Source: an uncultured Pseudomonadota bacterium (GTDB lineage Bacteria; Vulcanimicrobiota; Vulcanimicrobiia; Eremiobacterales; Eremiobacteraceae). From it: 64,000 bases of DNA. A program made the translations under genes and the position numbers. Position 1 is the stretch's first letter. Every line of letters starts with the position of its first letter. The stretch covers positions 800,001 to 864,000 of the forward strand of contig CAVTNB010000001.1 in assembly GCA_963736005.1 (NCBI GenBank), given 5' to 3'. Below are positions 27,972-37,951 of the stretch, in pieces. Under the pieces are notes generated by a model. That model saw nothing but the letters and a program-made list of their open reading frames with translations, searched no databases and had not been told where the DNA came from.

Positions 27972-28921
27972 CGTGACGCTCGCTTCGCGTGGACAAATGC
28001 AAACCATTCTGCCTCGCTCTGCCGCTCGATGCATTCCAGGCCGGCACGCGCGAATGCCTGACTGATCAGATCCTTACCGCTTGCGACCACACCGCTCGTG
28101 ACGAGCACACCGTTTCGCTTGAGCTTGCGCGCAAGCGCCGGAGCCAGTCGCGCTAGAACTCGAGCCGTGATGTTGGCCACGATGAGATCGGCGCTTGGAA
28201 ACGATGCAGGCACGTCGCGCGAGCGCACGATAGCTCTTGCGCAAAGCTTGTTGTGGGCGAAATTTGCCCGGGTCGCCCGCACGGCAAGGGAGTCCATGTC
28301 ACTTGCATAGACCCGCGCGCCGCGCTGCGCAGCCGCCGTGGCGATGATCCCCGAACCGCAACCGACGTCGAGCACGACGCAGCCCGGGCGCACGCGGCGC
28401 AGCACAAGCGCCAGCGCTAGGCGCGTTGTGGGATGCTGCCCGGTGCCAAAAGCCATCCCCGGATCCAGCCAAAGGACCGTGGCTTTCTTTGGAGTGCGAA
28501 ATGCCCGCTCCCAGGTGGGAGCAATAAAAAGATTCGTGGCAATGGCAAACGGCTTGTAAAATTTTTTCCATGACGATGCCCACGAATCGTCGTTGACGAG
28601 TGTGTCGCCAAGCCGGGTTGTGCTGATGAACCGGCCCTTGCGTGCCGCACGCAGCATCGCGCGAATCCGTGCCCGAGCAGCGTTGGCTTGTGTGCGCGGG
28701 ACCCAAACGGTGATGCGTGTGTTGGGGGGACGGGCGCGCATTGACTCGGTCGCGGAGAGAGCTTCGGTCGCGCTTTCCAGGAGCGCCGCCGCAGAGATAC
28801 TCTGCTCTCGGGGCACCACAAGTGAAAAGCGCCGATAGGTAGCTTTAGTCGCCGCCGAACGCTTTGCGGACTTTGCCGATGAAATCTTTGTCCTCGATTT
28901 CCTCGCCGCCGGCGCGCGCAA
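27968..28921 (-). CDS. prmA: Ribosomal protein L11 methyltransferase (start uncertain)
   Basis: W...WK.FY.P, LDPGMAFGTGQHPTT, LDVGCGSG, VANI. Confidence 0.9.
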   Translation of the reverse strand: MRAPAARKSRTKISSAKSAKRSAATKATYRRFSLVVPREQSISAAALLESATEALSATESMRARPPNTRITVWVPRTQANAARARIRAMLRAARKGRFISTTRLGDTLVNDDSWASSWKKFYKPFAIATNLFIAPTWERAFRTPKKATVLWLDPGMAFGTGQHPTTRLALALVLRRVRPGCVVLDVGCGSGIIATAAAQRGARVYASDMDSLAVRATRANFAHNKLCARAIVRSRDVPASFPSADLIVANITARVLARLAPALARKLKRNGVLVTSGVVASGKDLISQAFARAGLECIERQSEAEWFAFVHAKRASR

Positions 28922-29960
28922 ACTCCTCTAAGATCTCGCGCTGCTTCCGCGTCAGCTTAGCAGGCACCACGACGCGAACGTCAACAACGAGATCACCCCT
29001 CGCGTGACCGCGAATCTTCGGCAACCCTCGGCCGCCGATGCGAAACGTCGTCCCGGTTTGGGTGCCAGCGGGAATCTTTAACGTGACGTCCCCATCGAGT
29101 GCTTCGATTTGCAGCGTGGCCCCTAGGGCCGCTTGCGTGAACGAAATCGCAGTTTCGCAGTGGAGATCGGCTCCTTGTCGTTCGAACACGTCGTTCGGCG
29201 CGACAGAAATGTAGACGTACAGGTCGCCGCTTTCACCGCCGCGCTCGCCTGCTTCACCCATGCCCGTATAACGCAGACGCGTGCCGTCGTCTGCACCTGG
29301 TGGCACTTTGACGGTCATCTTCTTACGCTGTTCGCTGCGTCCACTCCCATGGCAGGTCTTGCATGGATTGCGCACGACCCGCCCCGTGCCCCGGCATCTC
29401 GCGCAGGGCACACTCGTGACGAACTGACCCAGCATCGTATTACGTGTCTGGCGCAGCTCTCCCGTGCCGTGGCAATCCTGGCATGCGACCGGCTCGTGGC
29501 CATCCGCCGAACCAGAACCTGCGCAGGTCTCACAGCGCGCGAGATGTGCAAACTCAATTTCGCGCTCGCAGCCTTCGAGCACATCGTGCAATTCAATTTC
29601 CAAATCGTAGCGCAGATCGGATCCGCGCACCGGCCCATGGGGCCGCCGCATCCCGCCACCGAAGAAGAAATCGAAAATATCGCCGACTCCCGCGCCGGGA
29701 AATCCGCCAAACCCAGCGCCGGCCTGTCCGTCAACCGAACCAAAGCGGTCGTAGTGTGCGCGCTTGTTTGGATCCGAGAGTACCTCGTACGCCTCGTTGA
29801 TCTGCTTGAAGCGCGTCTCGGCGCGCTTGCGCTCTTCGTCGCCCTGCACGGTGTCCGGATGCATCCGTCGTGCGAGACTCCGGTACGCATGTTTGATTTC
29901 GCTTTCCGAGGCCGTCTTGGAAACGCCGAGAACTTGGTAATAGTCTTGCTGTGTTGGCAC
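28845..29960 (-). CDS. dnaJ: Chaperone DnaJ
   Basis: HPD J-domain, G/F region, four CxxCxGxG repeats. Confidence 0.97.
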   Translation of the reverse strand: MPTQQDYYQVLGVSKTASESEIKHAYRSLARRMHPDTVQGDEERKRAETRFKQINEAYEVLSDPNKRAHYDRFGSVDGQAGAGFGGFPGAGVGDIFDFFFGGGMRRPHGPVRGSDLRYDLEIELHDVLEGCEREIEFAHLARCETCAGSGSADGHEPVACQDCHGTGELRQTRNTMLGQFVTSVPCARCRGTGRVVRNPCKTCHGSGRSEQRKKMTVKVPPGADDGTRLRYTGMGEAGERGGESGDLYVYISVAPNDVFERQGADLHCETAISFTQAALGATLQIEALDGDVTLKIPAGTQTGTTFRIGGRGLPKIRGHARGDLVVDVRVVVPAKLTRKQREILEEFARAGGEEIEDKDFIGKVRKAFGGD

Positions 29961-29962
29961 GA

Positions 29963-31066
29963 CTAACGATCGAGTTCTTGTTCGCCCTGGAAGAGCGCGT
30001 TGAGGCTATCGGCCATGCCGTCGATGAGCGCAATGAGCCGCGCGTACTGCATGCGCCGCGGTCCAAGAATACCGACGGCGCCCGCGTTGCTGTTCCCCAC
30101 CTTGTACGGCACCGTCACGACGCTGCATTCGCTCATGTCCGCGTTCGGTAGTTCGTGGCCGATGGCAACGGTGGGACCTTCGGTTTGGAGCGAGCCGTGG
30201 AGCAATGTGTAGAGCGTCTGCTGTTCTTCAAGCAAGTCCAGAATAGCGCGGAGTTTGCGCAAGTCGCGAAATTCTTGTTGGTCCAACAAGTTGTGCGCGC
30301 CACCAGCGAACAGGCGATGCTCGGCGTCTGCGCCCGTGTGTTCTGCCAAGATGCCGGCGATGGCGCGAATCAGATCTTCGGGCAATGGAGCTTCACGCGC
30401 TAAGCTCTGCAAGTTGGCAACGGAAATCTCTACCAGCGGCATACCATGCAAGTGTTGGTTGAATGCGTTAGTTGCGCGAAGCAACTGGTCCGCGTCAGCT
30501 TCTTGCGCAGTCTCGATCGTTGCTTGCGCCGCCAGACCGAGATTGGTGACAAGCACCACGTGCGTCGCGCGCGCGCCAACGCGGATGAGTTCGATGTGTC
30601 GAAAAATCTGGCTGCTCAAGCGCGGCCTGATGGCGAAGGCGATGCTGCGCGTGAGGTTCGAGAGAACGTGCGACGCGTGATCCACAACGGAGTCGAGCTG
30701 GTGAGCGGCGCGCCTCACCTCGGCGCGGATACGGTCGCGCTCTTCTTGCGTGAGGGTCTCCGGCAGCATGAGGTGATCGACGTAATATCGGTAACCTCGA
30801 TCGGATGGCACTCGGCCGGCCGAGGTGTGCGGTTGGTCTAAATAGCCTTCTTCGTCCAAACTCGCGAGCTCGGCACGAACGGTGGCTGGGCTGATCCCAA
30901 GGTTGTACTTTTGGGTGAGGGTACTTGAACCGACCGGCTCGCCGGTCGCAATATACTCGTAGACGACCGTGCCAAGAATGGAGTTCTTGCGGTGATCGAG
31001 TTCGGGCTCGCTTGCGGGGGCCCGCCCGTCGGGCGTTTTTGAGCTTTTCTTCTTCTGCGTAACCAT
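29963..31066 (-). CDS. hrcA: Heat-inducible transcription repressor
   Basis: YIATGEPVGS, SPATVR, QPHTSAGRVPSDRGYRYYVD, GPRRMQY. Confidence 0.95.
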   Translation of the reverse strand: MVTQKKKSSKTPDGRAPASEPELDHRKNSILGTVVYEYIATGEPVGSSTLTQKYNLGISPATVRAELASLDEEGYLDQPHTSAGRVPSDRGYRYYVDHLMLPETLTQEERDRIRAEVRRAAHQLDSVVDHASHVLSNLTRSIAFAIRPRLSSQIFRHIELIRVGARATHVVLVTNLGLAAQATIETAQEADADQLLRATNAFNQHLHGMPLVEISVANLQSLAREAPLPEDLIRAIAGILAEHTGADAEHRLFAGGAHNLLDQQEFRDLRKLRAILDLLEEQQTLYTLLHGSLQTEGPTVAIGHELPNADMSECSVVTVPYKVGNSNAGAVGILGPRRMQYARLIALIDGMADSLNALFQGEQELDR

Positions 31067-31067
31067 A

Positions 31068-31094
31068 TTAGCAATCGGGGCACGAGAGTGCTAA
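31068..31094. promoter_or_regulatory. CIRCE operator
   Basis: TTAGCAATC-N9-GAGTGCTAA (one mismatch to consensus) directly upstream of hrcA. Confidence 0.92.
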
Positions 31095-31170
31095 TCCGAC
31101 TTTACGCCGGACGGTCGGTAGGTACCTTGTCACGAAGTGTGGCCACAGCTACCTTCCATATGGAGTATCG

Positions 31171-31944
31171 GTGAACGGTTCCAATCAGCGAGTGGCACTT
31201 GTGACTGGCAGTGCTGCCGGCCTCATGCGCGGCGTCTGCGTTTCGCTCGCGCAACGCGGGTACACCATTGCGGGCAACTACCGGCCTCCTCACACTCAGG
31301 CCGATCAGACGGTGCATGCCGTCCAAAGCGTAGGCGGAACGATCGAAGCATTCCCCGCCGACGTCTCCGATCCAGATCAAGCTGCCCGCCTCGTTTCGGC
31401 TGCGCAAGCTCGGTTTGGTCATGTTGACGTGCTCGTTGCCGGTGCTGGCCCCATGATCGTCAAGGACACGTATAATATAACGCTGCCCGAGTATCGCGAA
31501 ATGATCGAGGGTAACTTGGGTTCGGTTTTCTATTGCGTGAAGGCTGCGCTCCCGCTCATGCGCGAGCGTCACTTCGGACGAATCGTTGCGTTTGGGATGA
31601 TCGGCAGTGACGCAACGATGGGTTCCCGACACCTTGCTGCGTACGCAGCGGCGAAGGCGGGGGTCGTCGCTTTCATCCGATCACTGGCGCTCGAAGAGGG
31701 CCCGCACGGGATTACCTGCAACGCGATCAACATTGGTGATATTCGTGATAAGGACGCCGATCGCGCTTCGGTCCTGCAACGCCGAGACTATCGCAACCCG
31801 ACCATGCGCCCGGGAAGTTGGGAAGACGTGGGTGATGCCGTCGCCTATCTGGTGAGCGATGAAGCTTCATTTATTACGGGAGCCGTCTTGAATGTCACCG
31901 GCGGTTGGCAAGGCTTCCTCGCCGAATACGCTCGCTGGCCCTAG
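31171..31944 (+). CDS. SDR-family oxidoreductase
   Basis: ALVTGS.., YAAAK, FITGAVLNVTGG. Confidence 0.88.
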   Translation: MNGSNQRVALVTGSAAGLMRGVCVSLAQRGYTIAGNYRPPHTQADQTVHAVQSVGGTIEAFPADVSDPDQAARLVSAAQARFGHVDVLVAGAGPMIVKDTYNITLPEYREMIEGNLGSVFYCVKAALPLMRERHFGRIVAFGMIGSDATMGSRHLAAYAAAKAGVVAFIRSLALEEGPHGITCNAINIGDIRDKDADRASVLQRRDYRNPTMRPGSWEDVGDAVAYLVSDEASFITGAVLNVTGGWQGFLAEYARWP

Positions 31945-31971
31945 GCGGGGAACATCGGAAAGGATATTCAC

Positions 31972-33552
31972 ATGATACGCCACCTCGCCGCTGTTGTTGT
32001 CTTAGCAGTCCTCCTGGCAAGTTGCTCTCAGCAGCAAAGCACGACGCCTGCAAGCTCGTCGCCGTCCGCAGGGGGCGCCGCAGCACAATGGTCCATGTAC
32101 AATGGAACATACACCGGGGATCGATATTCGCAGCTCAGCGAAATCAATGTGTCCAACGTCGCGAGCTTGCGGCCAGTTTGCAAGTATCCGCTCGCCGAAG
32201 AAGGTCCATTTCAAGCCGGGCCGATCATCGCAGGTAAGGTGGCATACGTCACCACGTGGCACGATACATATGCACTCGATGCCACGAACTGCAAGCTGAT
32301 TTGGCGATCCACCTACGCGCCCTCGGGTCTTGAGCCGTTCAACACGAATCGCGGAGTTGCCATCGACGGCAATACCCTATTTCGTGGCACGCAGGATGGC
32401 CATCTCCTAGCCCTCGACGCGAAGTCGGGCAAGATGCTTTGGAACGTCAAAGCCGCGAATTCTAGCGAAGGTTATTTCTTAAGCGCCGCGCCCATCATCT
32501 GGGATGGCAAGGTGTACATGGGGACAGCGGGCGCCGATTGGGGAGCGCGCGGACGCATGATGGCGTTCGATGAGCACGATGGTCATCTAGTCTGGAGTTT
32601 CGATCTCGTCCCCACGGGCAACGAAGCGGGTGCGAACACCTGGGGAAAGGCATCGACTGCGACGACAGGAGGCGGATCCACTTGGTCGACGTTTGCGCTT
32701 GATACCCAAACCGGAGAACTCTTTGTGCCGGTCGGCAACCCAGCGCCGGATTTCTCCGGTGACTATCGACCCGGCAAGAACCTCTACACTGCCAGCTTAG
32801 TCGTGCTCGACGCTCAGACGGGCACCTTAAGGTGGTTCTACCAAGCGGTGCCCCATGACGTACATGATTACGATGTCGGCGCGTCACCCGTGCTCATTTC
32901 GACCAAGGCCGGGAAACGTCTCGTCGTTTTTGGTGGCAAGAATGGATATCTGTATGCGCTCGATCGGGCGACGCACGCAGTCGTCTACAAAGTTGCGGTT
33001 ACGACCATTCAGAATTCAGACCTCGCCCCAACCATCAAAGGTGTTCACGTGTGCCCTGGTTGGCTCGGCGGCGACGAATGGAACAGTCCGGTGTATGACC
33101 GGGCGAATAACGAACTTATTGTGGGCACGGTAGACTGGTGCGGCAACTACACGCTGAACCAAGCGCGTTTTGTCGCCGGCAAGTTCTTCCTTGGGGGCAC
33201 CTTTGTTCCAGACCCATACCAATCAGCACATGGCTGGGTGACAGCAATTGATGCCGACAGCGGTAAGATTGTTTGGCAGGATAAAACCACAGGTCCCGAT
33301 GTCGCCGCGATGGCGCCAACCGCCGGCGGCATTATTTTTAACGGCGACCTCGGCGGCACGTTTTACGCATTCGATGCACGTTCGGGAAAGGAGCTGTATA
33401 GGTATAAGACCGTGGGTGCCATGGCGGGCGGTGTCGTCGCGTACGACGAAAACGGGCGCCAATACGTCATCGCTGATTCTGGGAATGTCTCGCGCTCCAT
33501 TTGGCCCGGAGCCAGTGGCGGCCACCCAACAGTATATATCTTTAGCAGATGA
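31972..33552 (+). CDS. PQQ-dependent dehydrogenase-like beta-propeller lipoprotein
   Basis: Lipobox LASC; RYSQL..IN..NV; NRGVA; GNPAP; HDVHDYD; PQQ Trp-docking repeats. Confidence 0.85.
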   Translation: MIRHLAAVVVLAVLLASCSQQQSTTPASSSPSAGGAAAQWSMYNGTYTGDRYSQLSEINVSNVASLRPVCKYPLAEEGPFQAGPIIAGKVAYVTTWHDTYALDATNCKLIWRSTYAPSGLEPFNTNRGVAIDGNTLFRGTQDGHLLALDAKSGKMLWNVKAANSSEGYFLSAAPIIWDGKVYMGTAGADWGARGRMMAFDEHDGHLVWSFDLVPTGNEAGANTWGKASTATTGGGSTWSTFALDTQTGELFVPVGNPAPDFSGDYRPGKNLYTASLVVLDAQTGTLRWFYQAVPHDVHDYDVGASPVLISTKAGKRLVVFGGKNGYLYALDRATHAVVYKVAVTTIQNSDLAPTIKGVHVCPGWLGGDEWNSPVYDRANNELIVGTVDWCGNYTLNQARFVAGKFFLGGTFVPDPYQSAHGWVTAIDADSGKIVWQDKTTGPDVAAMAPTAGGIIFNGDLGGTFYAFDARSGKELYRYKTVGAMAGGVVAYDENGRQYVIADSGNVSRSIWPGASGGHPTVYIFSR

Positions 33553-34235
33553 CGCACATGCGGTGGTTGAGTTCGCCCCACCGCGCGGCTCTCGCCACTG
33601 TTGTAGCGGCGCTCATGGTTCTTTGGGTGCAGCCCGCGTCTGGGTTTGAGCCGGTCCTCCGCCCAGTCGAAAGACAGGCTGCGCTTGATGAGGGGAAGAG
33701 TGCCGCTCTTGCCCATCGAGGGTATTCGGTTACGAATTACACCGTCTATGCGGTTCCCGACGCGCTGGCGATTACGCCCGGCGAAGGAGCAATCGATGCG
33801 GTTGTGGTGGGCACCCCGTTCGAGCGCGTAAAATATGCAAGCTACCTGGCGCATTTTCAAGGTCAAGCGCCATCGCCCAAAGACGTCGAGGCAGCCGCCA
33901 CACCAAATGAGATCGAATTTGTGGTTTTTGCCCACAGTTCTGGAAAGCTGGACCCCGCTTTTCTCTCTCACTTTACCTCCGTGTCATTGTCCATCTCCGG
34001 CCGTACTCCACTCGCCCCGATCTCGAAGTCGACCTTTGGACCGACGGTTGACTTCTATAATGTCGTCGGCAAGGGTCGAGAGGAACGCTGGCTGGGCTAC
34101 GACACATTTGCGTTCGATCTGGGATCCCTCAAAGTGCAGGGGGTCGATATTGCACGTCTCGCTGGTACGTTCGCAGTCATCGATCCCAACGGTCACAAAT
34201 ATTCGTTGCCGTTCGATCTCTCCAAGTATCGTTAA
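33549..34235 (+). CDS. Hypothetical exported protein
   Basis: ATGA overlap with the PQQ gene; signal-peptide-like N-terminus. Confidence 0.65.
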   Translation: MTHMRWLSSPHRAALATVVAALMVLWVQPASGFEPVLRPVERQAALDEGKSAALAHRGYSVTNYTVYAVPDALAITPGEGAIDAVVVGTPFERVKYASYLAHFQGQAPSPKDVEAAATPNEIEFVVFAHSSGKLDPAFLSHFTSVSLSISGRTPLAPISKSTFGPTVDFYNVVGKGREERWLGYDTFAFDLGSLKVQGVDIARLAGTFAVIDPNGHKYSLPFDLSKYR

Positions 34236-34344
34236 CAGACGTTAACATAAAAGAGCGACGCACTTTCAGCAATTGTTCATGTAGTGTGGGTAGGCTTGAA
34301 TCCTGAAAATCTATCTGGGCGCTTATCCATTGGGGAGGTAACAC

Positions 34345-35526
34345 ATGAAAGTTTTCCGCGTGGCCACCGCGCTTGGCGCAGTGGTGGTGGCGGTGTATGC
34401 CCTTACCGGCTGCTCGGGGGGAGGAACGGTGAACCCGCCAGCATCGCTCACGAACAACGCGATGGGCACTCAAACGGGTCAATCGGCCGTTGTCGATACC
34501 TCCAATAGTGCTGCCGACACCGACCTCGAGCACGACACCGGCACGTCAGATCTTCAGCAACTCGACGATATGAAGACGATTGGTTCAACCGTCGATCCAG
34601 TCAACGGCGATCAAAATCCGTACGGTCTGGACATCGCGAAAGCGACTTCAGGCAAGCTTGACTCAGGCGATCTCGTCGTTTGTAACTTCAACAATGCGGC
34701 AAACGTGCAGGGAACGGGAACCACAATTATCGCGCTCCATCCAAAAGTTGGATCGGCGCCGCGTCGCATTGCGCAAAGTGCCTCTCTGAACGGATGTGAC
34801 GCGCTCGCGCTTTCACCTATCTCGATCTGGGCCGCCGCGTTTGCAGCGAATGACAACCCAATCGTGTCCCCAGGGGGCATGGTGCTGACGACGTTGAGCA
34901 ACGGACCATTTCATGGTCCGTTCGGACAAGCGTTTGCTCCTCACGCCGGGCCTTTTGGTGTTGCGGCATTCTATGGGAGCAACGCAGGTGACGGCAGCAT
35001 CGTTCGCATCAACATACTGAAAAATGGAACATTCGATTTCGACGTCATCGCGACCGGCTTCCCCGTCAATCATGGAGTTCCGGGCGCCATTCTCGGTCCG
35101 TCCGGCTTACAGTACGATGCCGCGCATGACCGCCTCTACATCGTCGATGGCACAGACAACTCGCTCATCGCGTTTTGCGGCGTCTCGACGATCCCATCGC
35201 ACGGAATTACAGTGATCGGAAATAACTTTGGAGGTCCATTTGGTCATCGTGCACACCTCATCCGTGCTGGACCCCCACTGAACGGTCCAATCAGCTCGGC
35301 GCTACTGCCCGATGGGCACCTCGTTGTTGGCAACACGCTCGATCCCGCCGGCAAAAACCTCATGGTCGAGATTGCGCCTAGCGGTCACGTGCTCGATGTC
35401 AAGAACGTCGATACTGGAGCCGCGGGCGCCATCTTCGGCATGGTGGCATCGGGTCACGATATCAGCGATCTAAAACTCTACTTCAACGACGACAACGCCA
35501 ACGCGGTGGAAGTCCTTTCGAAGTAA
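34345..35526 (+). CDS. Hypothetical lipoprotein (probable beta-propeller)
   Basis: GGAGGT RBS; lipobox LTGC; NGDQNPYGL, GPSGLQYD. Confidence 0.75.
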   Translation: MKVFRVATALGAVVVAVYALTGCSGGGTVNPPASLTNNAMGTQTGQSAVVDTSNSAADTDLEHDTGTSDLQQLDDMKTIGSTVDPVNGDQNPYGLDIAKATSGKLDSGDLVVCNFNNAANVQGTGTTIIALHPKVGSAPRRIAQSASLNGCDALALSPISIWAAAFAANDNPIVSPGGMVLTTLSNGPFHGPFGQAFAPHAGPFGVAAFYGSNAGDGSIVRINILKNGTFDFDVIATGFPVNHGVPGAILGPSGLQYDAAHDRLYIVDGTDNSLIAFCGVSTIPSHGITVIGNNFGGPFGHRAHLIRAGPPLNGPISSALLPDGHLVVGNTLDPAGKNLMVEIAPSGHVLDVKNVDTGAAGAIFGMVASGHDISDLKLYFNDDNANAVEVLSK

Positions 35527-35586
35527 GCGGACCTAAAGGTCCGCTGCTACATTGGACAGAGGGGCGATTTTCCAATCGCCCCCTAC
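35526..35586 (-). repeat. REP pair: family B (35526-35550) and family A (35561-35586) between convergent genes
   Basis: agcggacctaaaggtccgctgctac; ggggcgattttccaatcgccccctac. Confidence 0.88.
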
Positions 35587-37511
35587 CCCGCCAAGAAGGT
35601 GTGAACGGCGTCTAACGAGTGGACGCGGCGCGCAGGCGGCAACGCCTCGAGGATTCGCCGGCCATACCACATCGTTTCGAGCCGGCCATCGAGAATGCAC
35701 ATCAGACCCCGGTCGCTTGTGCTTCGGATGAGTCGACCAAGGCCTTGTTTGAGCTTGGTGATCGCGGCTGGGATCATCAAGTGCTCGAAGGGATCGCGGC
35801 CGCTCTCGAGGAGCAAACGCGAGCGAGTCGCGACGATGGGATCATCCGGGGGCGGGAACGGAAGGCGGTCGATGATGACGCACGACAAGGCGCTGCCGAT
35901 GACGTCAACACCTTCCCAGAAGGACGACGTCGCAAAGAGCACTGCGTGGGGTTCTTCCCGGAACCAACGCAGGAGTGCGCCTTTTGGCATCTGCCCTTGA
36001 ATCTTCCAAGGAAACTGGAGCTGCGGCCCCAGCTGCATTCCGACCGCTTGCATCACTGCGATGGAGGTAAACAGCACGAACGCGCGGCCCTGCGTTGCGT
36101 GGAGAATGTTCTCAACTACAGGCGCTGCCTCAGCGGCAAAGGTGGGGTTCTTTGGATTGAGCTGCTGCTCGGGTAAGAACAACATCGCTTGATTGGCAAA
36201 ATCAAATGGAGATTCCACAATCAGTTCATCGATGGGGGCGCTCTCCAATCCGACCTGGCGGCGCAGGTACGCAAAGTCGCCACCAGTAGAGATGGTTGCC
36301 GACGTCATGACGACGCTACGGCTCTTCTCAAAGAGCAGCTCGCGCAGCAAATCTGCAACCGACGCGGGCGCGCAATGCGCTGCGAAGTGCCCCGATCGAT
36401 CGTCGCTGCGCTCGACCCAACATATCCAGTCCTCACCCCCGAGACGGAGACGTTCGATGGTTTGCGTGTGCGCAACAATGAGCCGCAACACAAGGTCGCG
36501 GCGGCGCTTGAGTGCCTCTTCGGGCGCGCTCGGAAAGCGCGAGCCAGAAGCCCACTTCTCGGCAACCCAATTCTCGGCCCGATACAGGGCGCGCTGTAAG
36601 GGCTCGAGCTGCTCGATTGCTTGGGGATTCTCATGAAAGGGATAGCGCAGCAATGGACGACGTGACAGTCGCCCGCCCGATTCGAGCGCGTTGGCGAAAT
36701 CGCTGGCAGCTTGGCTAATCGCCGCACCGAGCAGTTCATCGAAGACATAGGCGCGAGCGAGCTTGTGCAGCAATCGCGCGATACCCGCGCGAGAAATGGT
36801 TGAAGAAAAGGCAGCGGTCGCCCATTCTTCGATCTGGTGCGCTTCATCGAGGACCACATAATCGTACGGCGGAATCACACCCCCGCCCATCGCGAGATCG
36901 CTAAAGAACAACGCATGGTTGACGACGACAATATCTGCGTGGCGAGCGGCGTCTCGCGCGTGCATTTGATGGCAGCGTTCTGGCCCAAAGAATTCACACG
37001 CTTCCATGAGACAGTCATCAGCATCGGCATCGACCTCGCGCCACAGAGCGTCCGGCGGGACGAAGTCAAGCTCGGCGCGATCTCCGGTGGCAGTGCGATC
37101 CGCCCATGCGAATAACGTTCGATCGTGCGAGCTTTGTGCAAGAACGAGCCGCGAGCGCAGTTGTTCGAGTTTGTCGCGGCACAAATAGTTGTTTCTTCCT
37201 TTGAGTTGGACGACGCGAGCATTGGAATCGAGGACCTCGAGCACGCGCGGGATGTCCTTTTGGAGCAGTTGTTCTTGCAGCGCGAGCGTCGCCGTGGAGA
37301 TAACGACTCGCTGCCCGGAGAGCACCGCAGGCACGAGATAGCCAAACGATTTGCCCGTGCCGGTTCCCGCTTCGACCATGACGTGAACGTGCTCGAGGAA
37401 ACCGCGGTTCACAAGCTTGCCCATAGCGATTTGCGCCGGGCGATACTCATAGCCGGCGAGCGAATCTGCCAGGGGGCCGCGGCGGCCCAAAACCTCATCT
37501 ATAGTGAGCAC
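35583..37511 (-). CDS. DinG/YoaA-family Fe-S helicase
   Basis: EAGTGTGKS, KGRNNYLC, DEAH, TSAT, FWEGVD, QGLGRLIRS. Confidence 0.92.
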   Translation of the reverse strand: MLTIDEVLGRRGPLADSLAGYEYRPAQIAMGKLVNRGFLEHVHVMVEAGTGTGKSFGYLVPAVLSGQRVVISTATLALQEQLLQKDIPRVLEVLDSNARVVQLKGRNNYLCRDKLEQLRSRLVLAQSSHDRTLFAWADRTATGDRAELDFVPPDALWREVDADADDCLMEACEFFGPERCHQMHARDAARHADIVVVNHALFFSDLAMGGGVIPPYDYVVLDEAHQIEEWATAAFSSTISRAGIARLLHKLARAYVFDELLGAAISQAASDFANALESGGRLSRRPLLRYPFHENPQAIEQLEPLQRALYRAENWVAEKWASGSRFPSAPEEALKRRRDLVLRLIVAHTQTIERLRLGGEDWICWVERSDDRSGHFAAHCAPASVADLLRELLFEKSRSVVMTSATISTGGDFAYLRRQVGLESAPIDELIVESPFDFANQAMLFLPEQQLNPKNPTFAAEAAPVVENILHATQGRAFVLFTSIAVMQAVGMQLGPQLQFPWKIQGQMPKGALLRWFREEPHAVLFATSSFWEGVDVIGSALSCVIIDRLPFPPPDDPIVATRSRLLLESGRDPFEHLMIPAAITKLKQGLGRLIRSTSDRGLMCILDGRLETMWYGRRILEALPPARRVHSLDAVHTFLAG

Positions 37512-37587
37512 AAAATGCTTGAGCTCGATTCCGGTAGCGAACGGGTGTTCGAGCGCAAAGGATTCGCGCCCTTGGCGCCGGCACCTT

Positions 37588-37651
37588 GGGCGACTTGACA
37601 GTCGCCCACTACAAGCCCACTAGGAGGGGCGATTTTCCAATCGCCCCCTAC
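37588..37651 (-). repeat. Two family-A REPs (37588-37612, 37626-37651)
   Basis: gggcgacttgacagtcgcccactac; ggggcgattttccaatcgccccctac. Confidence 0.88.
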
Positions 37652-37842
37652 AAATGATCCCAGTCCCGGCGCTGGCGACGCTTGCGTTCGAGCTTGCGTT
37701 TCTTTTCGACCAGCGTTTCGCTCACGCGCGCCTGGGTATTGACGGGGAGCGTCGGTCGAAGCGCGCGGCGGCGCTGCGCTTCAATTTTCTCTTGCAATGC
37801 GCGGATGCGTGCTTTCACCTTAGGCTTTTTCTTGCGTGCCAT
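37648..37842 (-). CDS. Small, highly basic hypothetical protein (64 aa)
   Basis: GGGAG RBS then MARKKKPKVK...RKRRQRRDWDHL. Confidence 0.55.
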   Translation of the reverse strand: MARKKKPKVKARIRALQEKIEAQRRRALRPTLPVNTQARVSETLVEKKRKLERKRRQRRDWDHL

Positions 37843-37951
37843 TGCTCCCTCAAAGGTCCGCCGCCACAGGTCAGCGGAACTCGCCTCTGTGGCAATTGCG
37901 AAAGACAGACCGAAAGTCGAGCAGTCTCTTAAAGGAGCGCTGCCCACAACC

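Noticed and set aside
37843..37951. Glycine riboswitch upstream of tdh-kbl
   Set aside because: Lacks the GGAGA/CCGAAG/CTCTCAGG pattern; probably an N-terminal coding extension from GTG 37889
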